DNA of 64,000 nt, taken from Carcharhinus amblyrhynchos (lineage: Eukaryota). Numbering within the stretch: position 1 is the stretch's first letter; the number at the start of each line of letters is the position of its first letter. The notes under the pieces are model-generated. The model was given only the letters and a program-made list of their open reading frames with translations, did no database searches and was not told where the DNA came from. Location of the stretch: positions 50,220,001 through 50,284,000 of the forward strand of contig OZ336876.1 in the NCBI GenBank assembly GCA_965287045.1, in the 5' to 3' direction. The position numbers and the translations under genes are program-made. Positions 63,331 through 64,000 of this stretch are shown here, piece by piece.

Positions 63331-64000
63331 CAATAAAAAGTTCAAACATTTGGCACTTTCTTCAGCACAAGAAAACTGAATATTGACTGTTTGGGACAGG
63401 GTCATTAGAGCAGTCTTTTCCTGTCCAAAGTTTACTATGAATGTAAGTACGTTTATTTCATGAATATGTTTATACAGTACTGATCTAAAACATTCATCAA
63501 AGGAGGCAACTATAGATTGCCAGCCTAAATTGGAGTCATTTATAATTCTCTGAATTCCCAACCTGCTGTTTCTCTTCTGTTTTCTCCCCAGTTCAACCTT
63601 TTATTAGTTGACCTCAACTTTACCACACTCTTAGAAAATATGGACATTTAAAAATGTCCTTATTATTTTTCCGTAATAATGAATATATTTTCATAATTAT
63701 GAGATATTTATAGGATTTGATGCATTAATCCTAATCACATTTTTGTATTTAAATCCTGCAAACTGATAAAGCAAGTTACTGAAGCAACAGACATTGCCTA
63801 CTTAGCCAAATGCTATTGATTTACTGAGTATATTCCAGTTGAGTGTCATCTTCGCTAATGTTGCTGCTAGGCAATGCTGATCAACTTAATATTTGGTTCC
63901 TAACAAAAAAGGGTACTATTTTCCAATACCAAAACTGTTTTACAGTTTGATTTAATAAATCAAAAGGTTGAGCCAACTCATAACACAAAATAGTATGGCT

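Noticed and set aside
1-64000. Most 60-136 aa ORFs in the track as genes
   Set aside because: They are antisense or off-frame readings of repeats or random ORFs; no host protein motif or consistent exon chain was recognised

Overview
Eukaryotic, AT-rich, repeat-dense non-coding DNA, almost certainly from a shark or ray. It carries HE1-type V-SINEs and their CR1 partner LINEs; a carcharhiniform shark is my inference. I recognise no host protein-coding exon, rRNA, CRISPR array or prokaryotic feature. The only long ORFs are 5'-truncated CR1 reverse-transcriptase copies (3775-4915 +, 36845-38049 -). The rest is a nested layer of CR1, L2, RTE, Rex-Babar and Penelope-like retroelements, several SINE families, hAT/Harbinger-like MITEs and one decayed tRNA-Phe. 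The most notable structure is a set of three ~220-240 bp fold-back Penelope-type mini-elements (12301, 13463, 61890). Each has an 11-13 bp TSD and minimal type-I hammerhead ribozyme motifs on its inverted arms, and one motif is fully intact (13514-13550 -). Hammerheads in Penelope-like elements are a known class, so this is an interesting instance and not demonstrably a new system. Repeat boundaries were set by eye and are approximate unless junctions are quoted.
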